Assembly: GCA_046710535.1 (NCBI GenBank)
Contig: JBKEHH010000014.1
Location: 13,927 to 77,926, forward strand
Source: Pseudomonadales bacterium
GTDB lineage: Bacteria > Pseudomonadota > Gammaproteobacteria > Pseudomonadales > CAWVSB01
DNA: 64,000 nt
Direction: 5' to 3'
A program made the translations under genes and the position numbers. Every line of letters begins with the position of its first letter. Positions within the stretch are counted from its first letter, which is position 1. Below, one piece after another: positions 9,556 to 19,683 of the stretch. The notes beneath the pieces were generated by a model. That model did not search any database. It was not told the origin of the DNA and saw only the letters and a list, made by a program, of their open reading frames with translations.

Positions 9556-10500
9556 ATGGCTAGAAAAACATTGTCTTTAAAAGTGAAAAGAAAACAAGAC
9601 GCTATAGTAGTAGATGAGATGGTTAAGACTGACACACCGGTTGACCCTCAGAAAGTTTTTTTAAATGGTATCGCAGTTCATCCTTATCAATGTATTCACC
9701 TAGAGTTAGGCTCTGCCCAACCCAGTATGCGAACCATGGATTTGATTACACCGATCGGTATGGGCCAGCGCGGTTTGATTGTTGCGCCGCCAGGCTGCGG
9801 TAAAACCACTATTTTGAAACATATTTGCCAGTCGGTTGGAGAAGCTTACCCCGAGATAAAACTTTATGCCTTGCTGATTGATGAGCGGCCAGAAGAAGTA
9901 ACTGACTTTAAGCGCAGCGTGCCAGCAGAAGTGCATGCGTCATCGTCGGACGAAGGCTATGCAAAACACGTGCGGGTTGCCAATAAGCTGCTTAGCAATG
10001 CTCAAAAGCAAGCTGGCGAAGGGCATGATGTAATGATTGTTATTGATTCATTGACTAGATTGTCACGCGTATACAATGCAACGCAAAAGGGCGGTGGCCG
10101 TACAATGACTGGAGGACTTGACTCTAGAGCAATGGAAATACCCCGTAAAATGTTTGGTGCTGCCAGAAAAATTGAAAACGGTGGCTCGCTTACTATTTTG
10201 GCGACTATACTTGTTGATACTGGCAGTCGAATGGACCAGGTAATCTTTGAGGAGTTTAAGGGCACCGGTAATATGGAAATCGTGTTATCGCGAGAGATCG
10301 CCGAGCAGCGTATTTTTCCCGCCATAGATATTGCTAAAAGTAGCACGCGCCGCGAAGAGCTGTTGTTAAATCCAAAAGATATTAAGAAGGTAACCGCTTT
10401 GCGCAGAGCGCTAACCGGTCTTCAGCCTATTGATGGTGCAAAAACATTACTTGAGCTAATAGAGCAGTACCCTACTAATGCAGAGCTGTTAAAGCATTAA
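9556..10500 (+). CDS. Rho-family RNA translocase/ATPase paralogue lacking the N-terminal RNA-binding domain
   Basis: IGMGQRGLIVAPPGCGKTT (Walker A), LLIDERPEEVTDF, DSLTRLSRVYN, GGRTMTGGLD, EEFKGTGNMEIVLSREIAEQRIFPAIDI. It is colinear with the C-terminal two thirds of E. coli Rho. Only about 45 non-homologous, Lys/Arg-rich residues precede it. Confidence 0.85.
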   Translation: MARKTLSLKVKRKQDAIVVDEMVKTDTPVDPQKVFLNGIAVHPYQCIHLELGSAQPSMRTMDLITPIGMGQRGLIVAPPGCGKTTILKHICQSVGEAYPEIKLYALLIDERPEEVTDFKRSVPAEVHASSSDEGYAKHVRVANKLLSNAQKQAGEGHDVMIVIDSLTRLSRVYNATQKGGGRTMTGGLDSRAMEIPRKMFGAARKIENGGSLTILATILVDTGSRMDQVIFEEFKGTGNMEIVLSREIAEQRIFPAIDIAKSSTRREELLLNPKDIKKVTALRRALTGLQPIDGAKTLLELIEQYPTNAELLKH

Positions 10501-10545
10501 CTACAGAAGTTGAACGACTGTTTATAAAAAAATATTAGGAAGAAT

Positions 10546-10995
10546 ATGGAAAACGCTTTTACTTATTTAATGCGTGTACGCTACGCTGACTGTGATGCAC
10601 AGCAAGTTGTCTTTAATGCAAAGTACGCTGAGTACATCGATGCTGCTGCTACGGAATACATCAGAGCAGTGTGGGGTAGTTTTAATACTTTGCTAGACAA
10701 AGGGTTTGATAACCAAGTAGTGAGTTTAAAAATCGATTGGAAAGCATCTGCGGTATTTGATGACGTAATCGGTATAAGAATGGATACTACTAATATTGGG
10801 AATAGCTCATATACGGTAGAGGCTGAGTTTTTTAATTATAAAACTAACAAAGTATTTGCCCTCGCCACCGTAGTGTATGTAATGGTGAATACGGCCGATT
10901 ATACCAAGATTACTATTCCTGATGAATTTAGGAAGACGATTGAAGTTGGTGCGCCTGGGGTCTTGGTCAATCATGCTGGAGTTGCTGTTAAGTAG
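10546..10995 (+). CDS. 4HBT/YbgC-type acyl-CoA thioesterase
   Basis: MRVRYADCDAQQVVFNAKYAEYID, a hotdog-fold thioesterase N-terminal signature. Confidence 0.7.
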   Translation: MENAFTYLMRVRYADCDAQQVVFNAKYAEYIDAAATEYIRAVWGSFNTLLDKGFDNQVVSLKIDWKASAVFDDVIGIRMDTTNIGNSSYTVEAEFFNYKTNKVFALATVVYVMVNTADYTKITIPDEFRKTIEVGAPGVLVNHAGVAVK

Positions 10996-12592
10996 TCGGT
11001 ATTGCTCCAATAAGTTTTTTTGTATATTCATGCTGAGGATTATTAAAAACATCCTCAGTATTATTCAATTCAATAATTTTTCCAGCATTCATAACTGCAG
11101 TGCGGTCACACAGATAACGAATAACTGACAAGTCGTGTGATACAAAAATAATCGATAACTGATATTTTTTAACCAAACCTAATAGCAATTTCATTATCTG
11201 CGCCTGAATAGTTACATCCAGCGCTGACACAGGCTCGTCGGCAATAATGACTTTTGGGCTTACTGCCAAGGCACGTGCTATCGCGATGCGTTGGCGTTGA
11301 CCGCCTGAAAATTCGTGTGGGTATTTACGGATATCGCTAGGTAATAGGCCAACTTCTTGCATTAGTTCAGCAATACGCTGATTCAGCGCCACTTTGTTTA
11401 AGTTTGAGTGTAATTTAAGTGGCTCTAATAACGCATCAAACACAGACATACGCGGATTTAGTGACGAGTAGGGGTCTTGGAAAATAATTTGTAAGTCTTT
11501 GCGAGTATTTTTAAGTGCGTGTTTGTTAAGTGTTGTTAGCTCGATGCCTTCTAATTTAATGCTGCCGCTAGTGGCTTTAACTAGCTGCAGTATCGTTTTT
11601 GATAGTGTCGATTTACCACAGCCCGACTCGCCAACTAAACCTAATATCTCACCTTTATGCAGCTTAAGGCTTACATCAATCACGGCATTCATAGTTTGTT
11701 TTTTACTAAAAAAACCGCCAGTGGTTGAATACTGAGTAGTTAGGTTTTGTATAGAGAGAACTTCTTCTTGGTTGTTATTAAATGCATATTCAGCTGGTTT
11801 AGCACTTGCGGGTATTGCCGCTAAAAGCTTGCGAGTGTAGTCGTGCTGAGTATTGTTAAAAATATCACTGGTGCTGCCTTGTTCGACAATTTCACCTTTG
11901 TTCATTACTAATACGCGGTCGGCAATTTGTGCGACTACTGCTAAGTCGTGAGTGACAAACAATATAGCGATGTTACGCTTTTTTTGTAATGCGCTTAGCA
12001 GCTCAAATATCTGTGCTTGTATGGTGACATCAAGCGCGGTGGTGGGCTCGTCAGCTATTAATAAATCCGGCTCTGTCATTAGCGCCATGGCGATCATTAC
12101 TCGCTGACGCATACCACCAGAGAATTCATGTGGGTATTGTTTTAGGCGCTGCGGCACATCACTTATGCCGACTTCTGTTAATGCATCTATCGCTTTTAGC
12201 TTGGCCTCTTTCTTACTAATGCTGCTATGGTTTTGCAGCGCTTCAATAAGCTGTGAGCCAATATTTAGGTAAGGATTTAGCGAGGTCATTGGGTCTTGAA
12301 AGATCATCGCGATACGGTTGCCACGGATATTTTGTAGTTCAGCTTTACTACATTGAAATAAGTCTTTGCCTTCGAAGATCGCTTTGCCGGCTGTAATTTC
12401 ACCAGGCGGAGTTGGCACTAAGCCCAGCAGTGAATAACAAGATACCGACTTACCAGAGCCAGACTCGCCAACAATGGCAACGGTTTCCCCGGCGTTTATT
12501 TCATAGCTGATGTTGTTAACCGCATTAACTATGCCATCACGGCTATGGAAGCTAATGCTTAAGTTTTCAACGCTTAACAATGCCATAGTCAC
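10988..12592 (-). CDS. peptide ABC transporter, fused double ATP-binding protein (DppD/DppF-like)
   Basis: Two Walker A motifs ([16 protein letters not shown]), two LSGGQ-type signatures ([16 protein letters not shown]) and two Walker B motifs. Confidence 0.9.
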   Translation of the reverse strand: MTMALLSVENLSISFHSRDGIVNAVNNISYEINAGETVAIVGESGSGKSVSCYSLLGLVPTPPGEITAGKAIFEGKDLFQCSKAELQNIRGNRIAMIFQDPMTSLNPYLNIGSQLIEALQNHSSISKKEAKLKAIDALTEVGISDVPQRLKQYPHEFSGGMRQRVMIAMALMTEPDLLIADEPTTALDVTIQAQIFELLSALQKKRNIAILFVTHDLAVVAQIADRVLVMNKGEIVEQGSTSDIFNNTQHDYTRKLLAAIPASAKPAEYAFNNNQEEVLSIQNLTTQYSTTGGFFSKKQTMNAVIDVSLKLHKGEILGLVGESGCGKSTLSKTILQLVKATSGSIKLEGIELTTLNKHALKNTRKDLQIIFQDPYSSLNPRMSVFDALLEPLKLHSNLNKVALNQRIAELMQEVGLLPSDIRKYPHEFSGGQRQRIAIARALAVSPKVIIADEPVSALDVTIQAQIMKLLLGLVKKYQLSIIFVSHDLSVIRYLCDRTAVMNAGKIIELNNTEDVFNNPQHEYTKKLIGAIPTT

Positions 12593-13486
12593 TTAACCTT
12601 TCGATACGCGCGGGTCTAGCGCATCGCGCAGGCCGTCGCCTAAAAAGTTAAGTGCAAATAGGGTTAGCGACAAGGCTAACCCCGGGAAGACTAATAGCCA
12701 GGGGTATTCTTCCATGGTTTCAACGCCGTAAGATATAAGCAAGCCCCATGAGCTTTCGGGCGGTTGTATGCCTAAACCTAAAAAGCTTAAAAATGCTTCT
12801 AACAGCATCACGCTAGGAATCGTTAAGGTGACATAAACAATAATTGGCCCTAGTGCATTGGGGATGATATGCCGAGTGATAATTTGCCAAGGTGACAAGC
12901 CAATAACAACGGCAGCATCTACGAACTCTTGTTGGCGCAGTGTTAGTACTTGGCCGCGAACAATGCGAGCCATGGTTAGCCATTCAACGCAGCCGATGGC
13001 TAAAAACAATAACAAAATACTGCGACCAAACACGACCATGAGTAGAATAATAAAAATCATAAATGGTAGGGCGTAAAGAATATCGACAATGCGCATCATC
13101 ACTGCATCTGTTTTACCACCCACATAACCGGCAACAGCGCCCCAAAGCACGCCAATAAGTAATGCAACTGCGGTAGCGATAAAGCCAACAGCGAGTGAGA
13201 CTCTGCCGCCATACATTACGCGGGTTAGTAAGTCGCGGCCAAAGGTGTCGGTGCCAAACCAATGGGCAGCGGAGGGCGATGTTACACCTAGATCTAGATT
13301 TTGTGTCTCGTATGAATAAGGCGCGATAAATGGTGTTAGCAGAGCGACGACAACCATGAATAGCAAAAACCACAGCCCAGCCATGGCCAGTTTATTTTGA
13401 CGCAGCCGGTCGATAGCGTCTTGCCACAGTGAGCGACCTTGCACAGCTTGGTTTAGCAATTGCTCACTTTGCGGTTGGCTAATCAT
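12593..13486 (-). CDS. peptide ABC transporter permease (OppC/DppC-like)
   Basis: Multi-TM protein with a BPD_transp_1-like core. It abuts the ATPase gene. Confidence 0.9.
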   Translation of the reverse strand: MISQPQSEQLLNQAVQGRSLWQDAIDRLRQNKLAMAGLWFLLFMVVVALLTPFIAPYSYETQNLDLGVTSPSAAHWFGTDTFGRDLLTRVMYGGRVSLAVGFIATAVALLIGVLWGAVAGYVGGKTDAVMMRIVDILYALPFMIFIILLMVVFGRSILLLFLAIGCVEWLTMARIVRGQVLTLRQQEFVDAAVVIGLSPWQIITRHIIPNALGPIIVYVTLTIPSVMLLEAFLSFLGLGIQPPESSWGLLISYGVETMEEYPWLLVFPGLALSLTLFALNFLGDGLRDALDPRVSKG

Positions 13487-14415
13487 TGTGACTTACCGGT
13501 GTAGCTTAATCGTGGGTTAAGCCATACAGCCAAAATGTCTGATAAAAGGTTAAACACAATAATTAGCACCGAGAAGAATATTGTGGTGCCCATAATCATA
13601 GTGTAGTCGCGGTTGAATGCGGCCTGAACGTAAAAGCGGCCTAAGCCTGGTATTTGGAAAATGGTTTCGACTACAAACGAGCCAGACAATAAACCTGCAA
13701 TAGCCGGTCCTAAAAATGATACGACTGGCAATAAGCCGCCACGCAGCGCATGTTTAAAAACGATTTTGTACTCTGGTGTGCCTTTGGCGCGAGCTGTCCG
13801 AATATAGTCTTGCGAGAGCACTTCTAACATACCGCCACGAGTTAAACGCGCTATGTAGGCGGCATAAGTGGCGCCCAAAGTAATAGAGGGCAGTATTTTA
13901 TCACCAGCAGAATAGCCCCAGCCCGATACCGGCAGCCATTCAAGCCAAATGCCAAATAACAGTACTAATAATGGTCCTAACAAAAACGATGGCATACAAA
14001 TGCCTACCATTGCCGTCGAGATTGGAATGTAGTCTAAAGCTGTATTAGGCCGCAGTGATGCCAACAAGCCCGCGCCAATGCCAATAAACAACGCGACAAT
14101 GATGGCGTTTATGGCCAGCTCAAAGGTGACTGGCAGGCCGGTAAATATCATTTCAGACACGCTGCGGGTAGGGTATTTAAACGACGGGCCAAAATCGCCT
14201 TTTAATACATTACCTAGGTAGTCGATAAATTGTTCATGCACTGGCGCGTCAAGATTGTAACGCTCGTTGAGTTTTTCTAATACATAAGGTGATACGGTCT
14301 TTTCAGTATCAAACGGGCCACCCGGTGCTTGGCGAATGAGTACAAATGTTACCACCATAACAACCAGCAACACGGGTATGGCTTGGAGTAATCTTATGCA
14401 GATAAATTTCAGCAT
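13483..14415 (-). CDS. peptide ABC transporter permease (OppB/DppB-like)
   Basis: MLKFICIRLLQAIPVLLVV... is a typical OppB N-terminus. 4-nt overlap with the next gene. Confidence 0.9.
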   Translation of the reverse strand: MLKFICIRLLQAIPVLLVVMVVTFVLIRQAPGGPFDTEKTVSPYVLEKLNERYNLDAPVHEQFIDYLGNVLKGDFGPSFKYPTRSVSEMIFTGLPVTFELAINAIIVALFIGIGAGLLASLRPNTALDYIPISTAMVGICMPSFLLGPLLVLLFGIWLEWLPVSGWGYSAGDKILPSITLGATYAAYIARLTRGGMLEVLSQDYIRTARAKGTPEYKIVFKHALRGGLLPVVSFLGPAIAGLLSGSFVVETIFQIPGLGRFYVQAAFNRDYTMIMGTTIFFSVLIIVFNLLSDILAVWLNPRLSYTGKSQ

Positions 14416-14417
14416 TG

Positions 14418-16040
14418 TTAGTTTGCTTGTTTCTCTAAGTAGACATATTTATAGGGGTGATGGTCTAGGACATTGTCATACCAACCTGTAACTTCTGGTG
14501 CTTTTAGATATATTTTTGCATAAGTATAGATTGGCATTATTGGCACTTTATTAACTAATATCGCTTCGGCTTGTTGAAATAACTCATAACGCTCGCTTTG
14601 CTTGGTTGTTTTTGCAGCCTGACGAATAAGTTGGTCGTATCGGGAATTAGAAAAGCCCGTTTGATTGTTGCCGCCGCCGGTAACGAACATATCCAAAAAA
14701 GTATTAGGATCAACATAGTCACCAATCCAACTGGCGCGAGCTATCACATAGTCCATATTTTGAACGGTAAATAAGTAAGATTTCCAGTCTTGGTTGTATA
14801 AATTAACATTGATACCAAGGTTTGTTTTCCACATTTGCTGCAATGCGACTGCTATTTTTCGATGGCCTTCACTAGTGTTATACAAAATATCAAAGGCCGG
14901 AATTCCTGCGCCATTAGGATAGCCCGCATCTACCAAGAGTTGCTTGGCTTTATCTATATCGAATTCTATTTTTGCCCTAGGTGTATAGCCTAGTGTTCCA
15001 GCAGGGGTCAGGTTGTAGGCAGGAGATTGTCCGCCTTTTACTACCGCATCGATGATCTTTTGGCGATCAATAGACATAGCCAAGGCTTGTCTTACTCGGT
15101 AATCATCTAATGGCGGCTTGGTGGTATTAAAACGATAGAAATAGGTGCCTAGGTATGGCGATATAGTAAGTAGATGAGATTTATTGGCTTTATATTTAGC
15201 GATTTTGTTTTCCGCAAGCGAGTTAGTTAAGTGAAGCGCTTTTGCTCTAAACATCCTCTCTTCGGTCACAAGGTTATCAATTGGATAAAAGCGTATTTCT
15301 TTTAATCGTACTGTCTTTGCATCCCAGTAATACCGGTTAGGTTGTACCCGAATGATTCTGTTTAACGCCCATTCTGTCAGTTGAAAAGCACCGTTACCAA
15401 CGTAGTTGCCAGCTCTTGTCCATAAGCTTCCTGGATCGTCTATCGCGCCAAACTTCTCTATAGTTTTACGATGCACAGGAAAGGTGCTGTAGTGAGTTAG
15501 CATTGATAAGAAGTAGGGTGTAGGTGCGTTTAGTTTTACTTGAAAGGTTAGTTCGTCTAATGCTTTTGCGCCTACCTGAGCAAAGTCGTTAATCACGCCT
15601 TTATTGAAATCTTCAGCCCCAGTAACAATAAATAGCTGATACGCATATTCGGCCGCTAGGTCTGGCATTAACAACCGCTGCCAAGAGTAGACAAAATCAT
15701 TAGCGGTAACACTGTCGCCATTAGACCATTTGCCGTTTGGATTGAGGTGGAATGTATAGGTGGTTAAATCTTCAGAGATGTCCCAGCTACTAGCGGCACC
15801 AGGAAGTGGCGCTAAGGTTTCGGGATGTTCAGATATTAAGCCTTCTAGCAGCGTAGCAATTATATTGTGCTCAGTTACACCTGTGGCTAAATGTGGATCT
15901 AAGCCCTGAGGTTCGGTGCCATTGCCAGCATGAAATATCTGCTGCTCTGTACCGGTAGCAACATTATTGGCCATTTTACCGCAGCTGATAAGCAGTAAAG
16001 AGCAGCTAATAATGAATACTAATTGACTCACTATTTTCAT
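14418..16040 (-). CDS. family-5 peptide-binding periplasmic lipoprotein (OppA/DppA-like)
   Basis: Lipobox LLISC, 540 aa, family-5 SBP-like sequence. Confidence 0.9.
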   Translation of the reverse strand: MKIVSQLVFIISCSLLLISCGKMANNVATGTEQQIFHAGNGTEPQGLDPHLATGVTEHNIIATLLEGLISEHPETLAPLPGAASSWDISEDLTTYTFHLNPNGKWSNGDSVTANDFVYSWQRLLMPDLAAEYAYQLFIVTGAEDFNKGVINDFAQVGAKALDELTFQVKLNAPTPYFLSMLTHYSTFPVHRKTIEKFGAIDDPGSLWTRAGNYVGNGAFQLTEWALNRIIRVQPNRYYWDAKTVRLKEIRFYPIDNLVTEERMFRAKALHLTNSLAENKIAKYKANKSHLLTISPYLGTYFYRFNTTKPPLDDYRVRQALAMSIDRQKIIDAVVKGGQSPAYNLTPAGTLGYTPRAKIEFDIDKAKQLLVDAGYPNGAGIPAFDILYNTSEGHRKIAVALQQMWKTNLGINVNLYNQDWKSYLFTVQNMDYVIARASWIGDYVDPNTFLDMFVTGGGNNQTGFSNSRYDQLIRQAAKTTKQSERYELFQQAEAILVNKVPIMPIYTYAKIYLKAPEVTGWYDNVLDHHPYKYVYLEKQAN

Positions 16041-16042
16041 TG

Positions 16043-18070
16043 TTACTGATTTAGCCGTTCTATAAATGCATCAAAGTTACTGGGCCGGCCGAGGAAGTCA
16101 GTCACCAGATCTTTGGCGTCTTTTGATCCACCTGGCGCTAGCACTGTTTGTCGATAATGGTTAGCTAGCTCGGTGTTGCGCATTCCTTGCTTCTTAAACT
16201 CGCTTAGAATATCAGCGGCGATTACTTCAGACCACATGTAGGTGTAATAGGCAGCCGAATAGCCATAAAGATGCCCAAAACTTGCATAGAAGTGGGTGTC
16301 ATCAATGTAAGCAAATGGTGAGTATTGATTTTGTAGCTCTATCATTTTCTGTTTTAGGTTCAATTCGTCGGGCAATGTTTGATAGTAGTTTAACGATAAG
16401 GCGGCATAGAACATTTGGTTTTTAATATGGGTACCACGATTGAAGTCTCTTGCTTTACGCATTTTTTCCACTAGCTCTCTAGGGATTACTTCGCCGTTTT
16501 TATTGATTGCAAAAGTAGAAATTGAATCATAATCCCATATCCATTCCTCTAACATTTGTGACGGTGCTTCAACAAAATCTCTTTCCGTTGCAGTTCCTGC
16601 AAAACTAACCCAGCGCTGTTTACCACCGAAAATACTGTGGATCAGATGACCAAATTCATGAAGAAATGTTTCGACCTGCCTGTGTTCCATTAGACTGTTG
16701 TCATCGCCGCCTGGAAAATTACACACTAAAGCGGCTACCGGTAACTGCTGTCCGTCTATACCAGGCTGAAGACCAAACTGAGCGGCGTGTTTGAATTTGT
16801 CGTCTCGTGGATGCATATCGAGGTAAAAGCGACCAATAATACTTTCGCCTTCCCATATTTCAAACGCTTCAACGCTGTCATCCCAAACGTCAGTCTGCCA
16901 AGGCTTTATTTGGACCTGAAATAAGTCCTCTATTAATTGAAAAATACCGTGTTTAACTTTGTTGTACTCAAAGTATTGGCGAATTTCTTTGGTGTCTACT
17001 TCAAAGTCGTCTCGTCGTACCTTTTCTTCAATGTAAGCTTTTTGCCAGTTTTGAACTGAAGTTGCAGAGCTATCGATAGTCTTAAGTGTGCTCAGTAACT
17101 GGCTATAGTCGGCCTGCGCGCGGGGTTCTGCCATTGATGAAATACGTTCAATAAAGTCAGCGACAACCTGTGGATTTTTAACCATTAGTACTTCAGTCGC
17201 ATAGGTGGCGTAGTCTTTGTAGCCCAGCGTCTGCGCATAATCATGGCGGGTTGCAATAATTTGTTTTAACACCTGATCATTTTTGGGATAGGCGCGATTG
17301 AGAAACTGAGTATAGATAGCCTTTTTAGCATCATCATCATGGGCGTAGCGCACAAATGGGAAAAAATCTGGATAGTCGGTAGTTATCGTGATTTTGTCTT
17401 GTTCACTGGAGGTATGCGCTGCTATGTAATCTTCAGGTAAGCCGTCTAATTGCTTAGTAGAAGTTAGTTCAATTGAACGTACATCTTCTCTGATATTTTT
17501 AGAGAATTCTTGTCCCAGCGAGGTAAGCGTTTCGTTGATCTCGCGGATACGCTCGCGGGTATTATCATCTTGATCGACACCAGAACGTTTGAAATCACGA
17601 ATTAGATGGTTGTGAAACCGCTGGGTTTCTAGGTCGTCGTCGGTGGTATCGACTTGCTTGATACGCGAATAGAGCGGCTTTGACAGGCCTAGATTTGTAG
17701 ACAGCTTCGAGAAATCTTTAATGCATTGATCTGCCGCAGTTTGAACGGCCTTATCGGGATGAACACTGTTAAGTAGGTATGTTAATCCTGTCGCGTTATC
17801 TAACTCAATAAAAAGCTCATTTAACGGAGTTAATAGGGTCTCTGCAGTATAAGGAGCCGACGACTGCTCTAGTCTAGCCAAATCACTTTTCGCGCCGTCT
17901 AAGTTTTGCTGGCAGTTAATGGTTAGCTGCTCTGCTGTTAGGCTTTTATCAAAATAATAATGATTAGGGGTGGTGTATGGCGTAAGTTTCGTCTCTTGGG
18001 CTGATTCTAGTGATGGTTGGCATGAAACGATACAAACAGACGAGGTAAACGCCAAGGCGAGTTTACGCAT
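16043..18070 (-). CDS. M3-family zinc metallopeptidase (oligopeptidase/dipeptidyl-carboxypeptidase-like), probable lipoprotein
   Basis: FLHEFGHLIH (HExxH) plus downstream E. N-terminal CIVSC lipobox-like signal. First gene of the peptide operon. Confidence 0.9.
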   Translation of the reverse strand: MRKLALAFTSSVCIVSCQPSLESAQETKLTPYTTPNHYYFDKSLTAEQLTINCQQNLDGAKSDLARLEQSSAPYTAETLLTPLNELFIELDNATGLTYLLNSVHPDKAVQTAADQCIKDFSKLSTNLGLSKPLYSRIKQVDTTDDDLETQRFHNHLIRDFKRSGVDQDDNTRERIREINETLTSLGQEFSKNIREDVRSIELTSTKQLDGLPEDYIAAHTSSEQDKITITTDYPDFFPFVRYAHDDDAKKAIYTQFLNRAYPKNDQVLKQIIATRHDYAQTLGYKDYATYATEVLMVKNPQVVADFIERISSMAEPRAQADYSQLLSTLKTIDSSATSVQNWQKAYIEEKVRRDDFEVDTKEIRQYFEYNKVKHGIFQLIEDLFQVQIKPWQTDVWDDSVEAFEIWEGESIIGRFYLDMHPRDDKFKHAAQFGLQPGIDGQQLPVAALVCNFPGGDDNSLMEHRQVETFLHEFGHLIHSIFGGKQRWVSFAGTATERDFVEAPSQMLEEWIWDYDSISTFAINKNGEVIPRELVEKMRKARDFNRGTHIKNQMFYAALSLNYYQTLPDELNLKQKMIELQNQYSPFAYIDDTHFYASFGHLYGYSAAYYTYMWSEVIAADILSEFKKQGMRNTELANHYRQTVLAPGGSKDAKDLVTDFLGRPSNFDAFIERLNQ

Positions 18071-18166
18071 TGATAAGATCCTAAAAGTTAGTTGTAAAAA
18101 CAGACATCCAATTAATAAAGTGGCTTAACTTACCATTAAGTACAGAACTAGCAAAGCGGCGTTTAC

Positions 18167-19645
18167 TCAGCTTGTCTTACTAACATCCACATACAAGGTT
18201 AGGCGTTGGCCCGGTTTTAAAACATTGAGTTTGTTCAGGCCATTCCAACGTTTCAAATCTGACACCGTGACTTTGAATTTAGTTGCAATTCGTGACAAAG
18301 AATCGCCACTGCGAACTGAATAATTGAGTTTTCTTATGTAATTGGCGCTGTCGATGCTGTTTAGGCTGGCAGGCATTGCTGAGCCAAGTGACAGCTTTTG
18401 GCCTATTTTAAGTGTTGAATTGGACTTGATATTGTTCCAGGCGGCAAGTTTACTCACGCTAGTTTTGTGCTTTCTGGCGATGCCCCATAAGTTATCCCCA
18501 TTTTCAACCACATAAAAGTTACTGAGGTCTTGCGGGTTGTTGGTGAGGACATACAAGTTTGCTTTAATTTGAGCCGATTTTCCCACTGGCCAAAGCAAAG
18601 TGTATGGTCCTTCCGGGTCGGTTTGGGTGCGGTTAAAACCAGGGTTTAGCAGTCGTAGCTGTCCCATTGTGATACCACCTAGTTCGGCCGCTTTCTTCAG
18701 GCTTACCTGTTGGGTGAGGGCAATGGTTTCAAAATAAGCAGTATCTGGCGTCGTGGCCCAACTCACGCCGTATTGATCCGGATTCTTAATAAGTCTTGAT
18801 AAAGCTATTAACTTTGGGACGTAAGCCCTTGTTTCACTTGGTAATTTTAGTGACCAAAAGTCGGTGTCTTTATTGGCTTTGACGTTTTTACGGATCTCTC
18901 TATCAACGCGGCCCATACCACTGTTATACGCGGCCAAGGCTAACAACCAGTCACCGTCATAACGCTTAGCAAGCATAGATAGGTATTCGATAGCCGCACG
19001 GGTAGATTCCACCACATCACGGCGGCCGTCATACCACCAGGTTTGTTTTAAGCCCATTTGCTTGCCAGTATCAGGTATAAACTGCCACATTCCCGAAGCA
19101 AGCCCAGGTGAATAAGCGAAAGGGTCAAACGCGCTTTCTACTATTGGCAGCAACGCTATATCCTGGGGAATATTGTGCTTTTCCAGCTCACCGACAATGT
19201 AGTAAATATAGGGGCGGGCGCGGCTATTAACTCTGGCGAGATATTCTGGGTGATTTTTGAACCAATTAATGTGGTCGTCAATTCGTTTGTGGTCGGCATG
19301 AGTGTCTAAAACTATGCCATCGCGGACTCTATCCCATACGTCGGTTGAATTATGATCAATGTAACCTTCACCAGATTCTGAATGGCAGTGGGTGTTAGTG
19401 GTGATAATTCCGTCAATTATTTCATCTATTGACAGCTTATTAAGGGTTGCTTCAATCGGTTCCATCGACACTGTTTGTTGCTGGCTACTGCAGCCTGCGA
19501 GCAGCAGAGCAAAAAGCAGTGCCAGTGAGCGTGTAAAACGGATGGATTTATAGTTGGCGATTGAACGTATTGAAGCTGACAAAAATACACCAATTGGCTG
19601 AGGGTAGTGTTGCGCCAAGTCTAGTTGGCTAGACTGACAAGTCAA
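18167..19645 (-). CDS. mltD: membrane-bound lytic murein transglycosylase D-like (SLT domain plus LysM repeats)
   Basis: Lipobox LLLAGCSS; ESAFDPFAYSPGLASGMWQF (SLT catalytic region); two clear LysM repeats at the C-terminus. The true start is probably downstream of 19645. Confidence 0.85.
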   Translation of the reverse strand: MTCQSSQLDLAQHYPQPIGVFLSASIRSIANYKSIRFTRSLALLFALLLAGCSSQQQTVSMEPIEATLNKLSIDEIIDGIITTNTHCHSESGEGYIDHNSTDVWDRVRDGIVLDTHADHKRIDDHINWFKNHPEYLARVNSRARPYIYYIVGELEKHNIPQDIALLPIVESAFDPFAYSPGLASGMWQFIPDTGKQMGLKQTWWYDGRRDVVESTRAAIEYLSMLAKRYDGDWLLALAAYNSGMGRVDREIRKNVKANKDTDFWSLKLPSETRAYVPKLIALSRLIKNPDQYGVSWATTPDTAYFETIALTQQVSLKKAAELGGITMGQLRLLNPGFNRTQTDPEGPYTLLWPVGKSAQIKANLYVLTNNPQDLSNFYVVENGDNLWGIARKHKTSVSKLAAWNNIKSNSTLKIGQKLSLGSAMPASLNSIDSANYIRKLNYSVRSGDSLSRIATKFKVTVSDLKRWNGLNKLNVLKPGQRLTLYVDVSKTS

Positions 19646-19683
19646 GGCGCGGCAGGGTATTAACTGATAAATGTGAGGTATGT

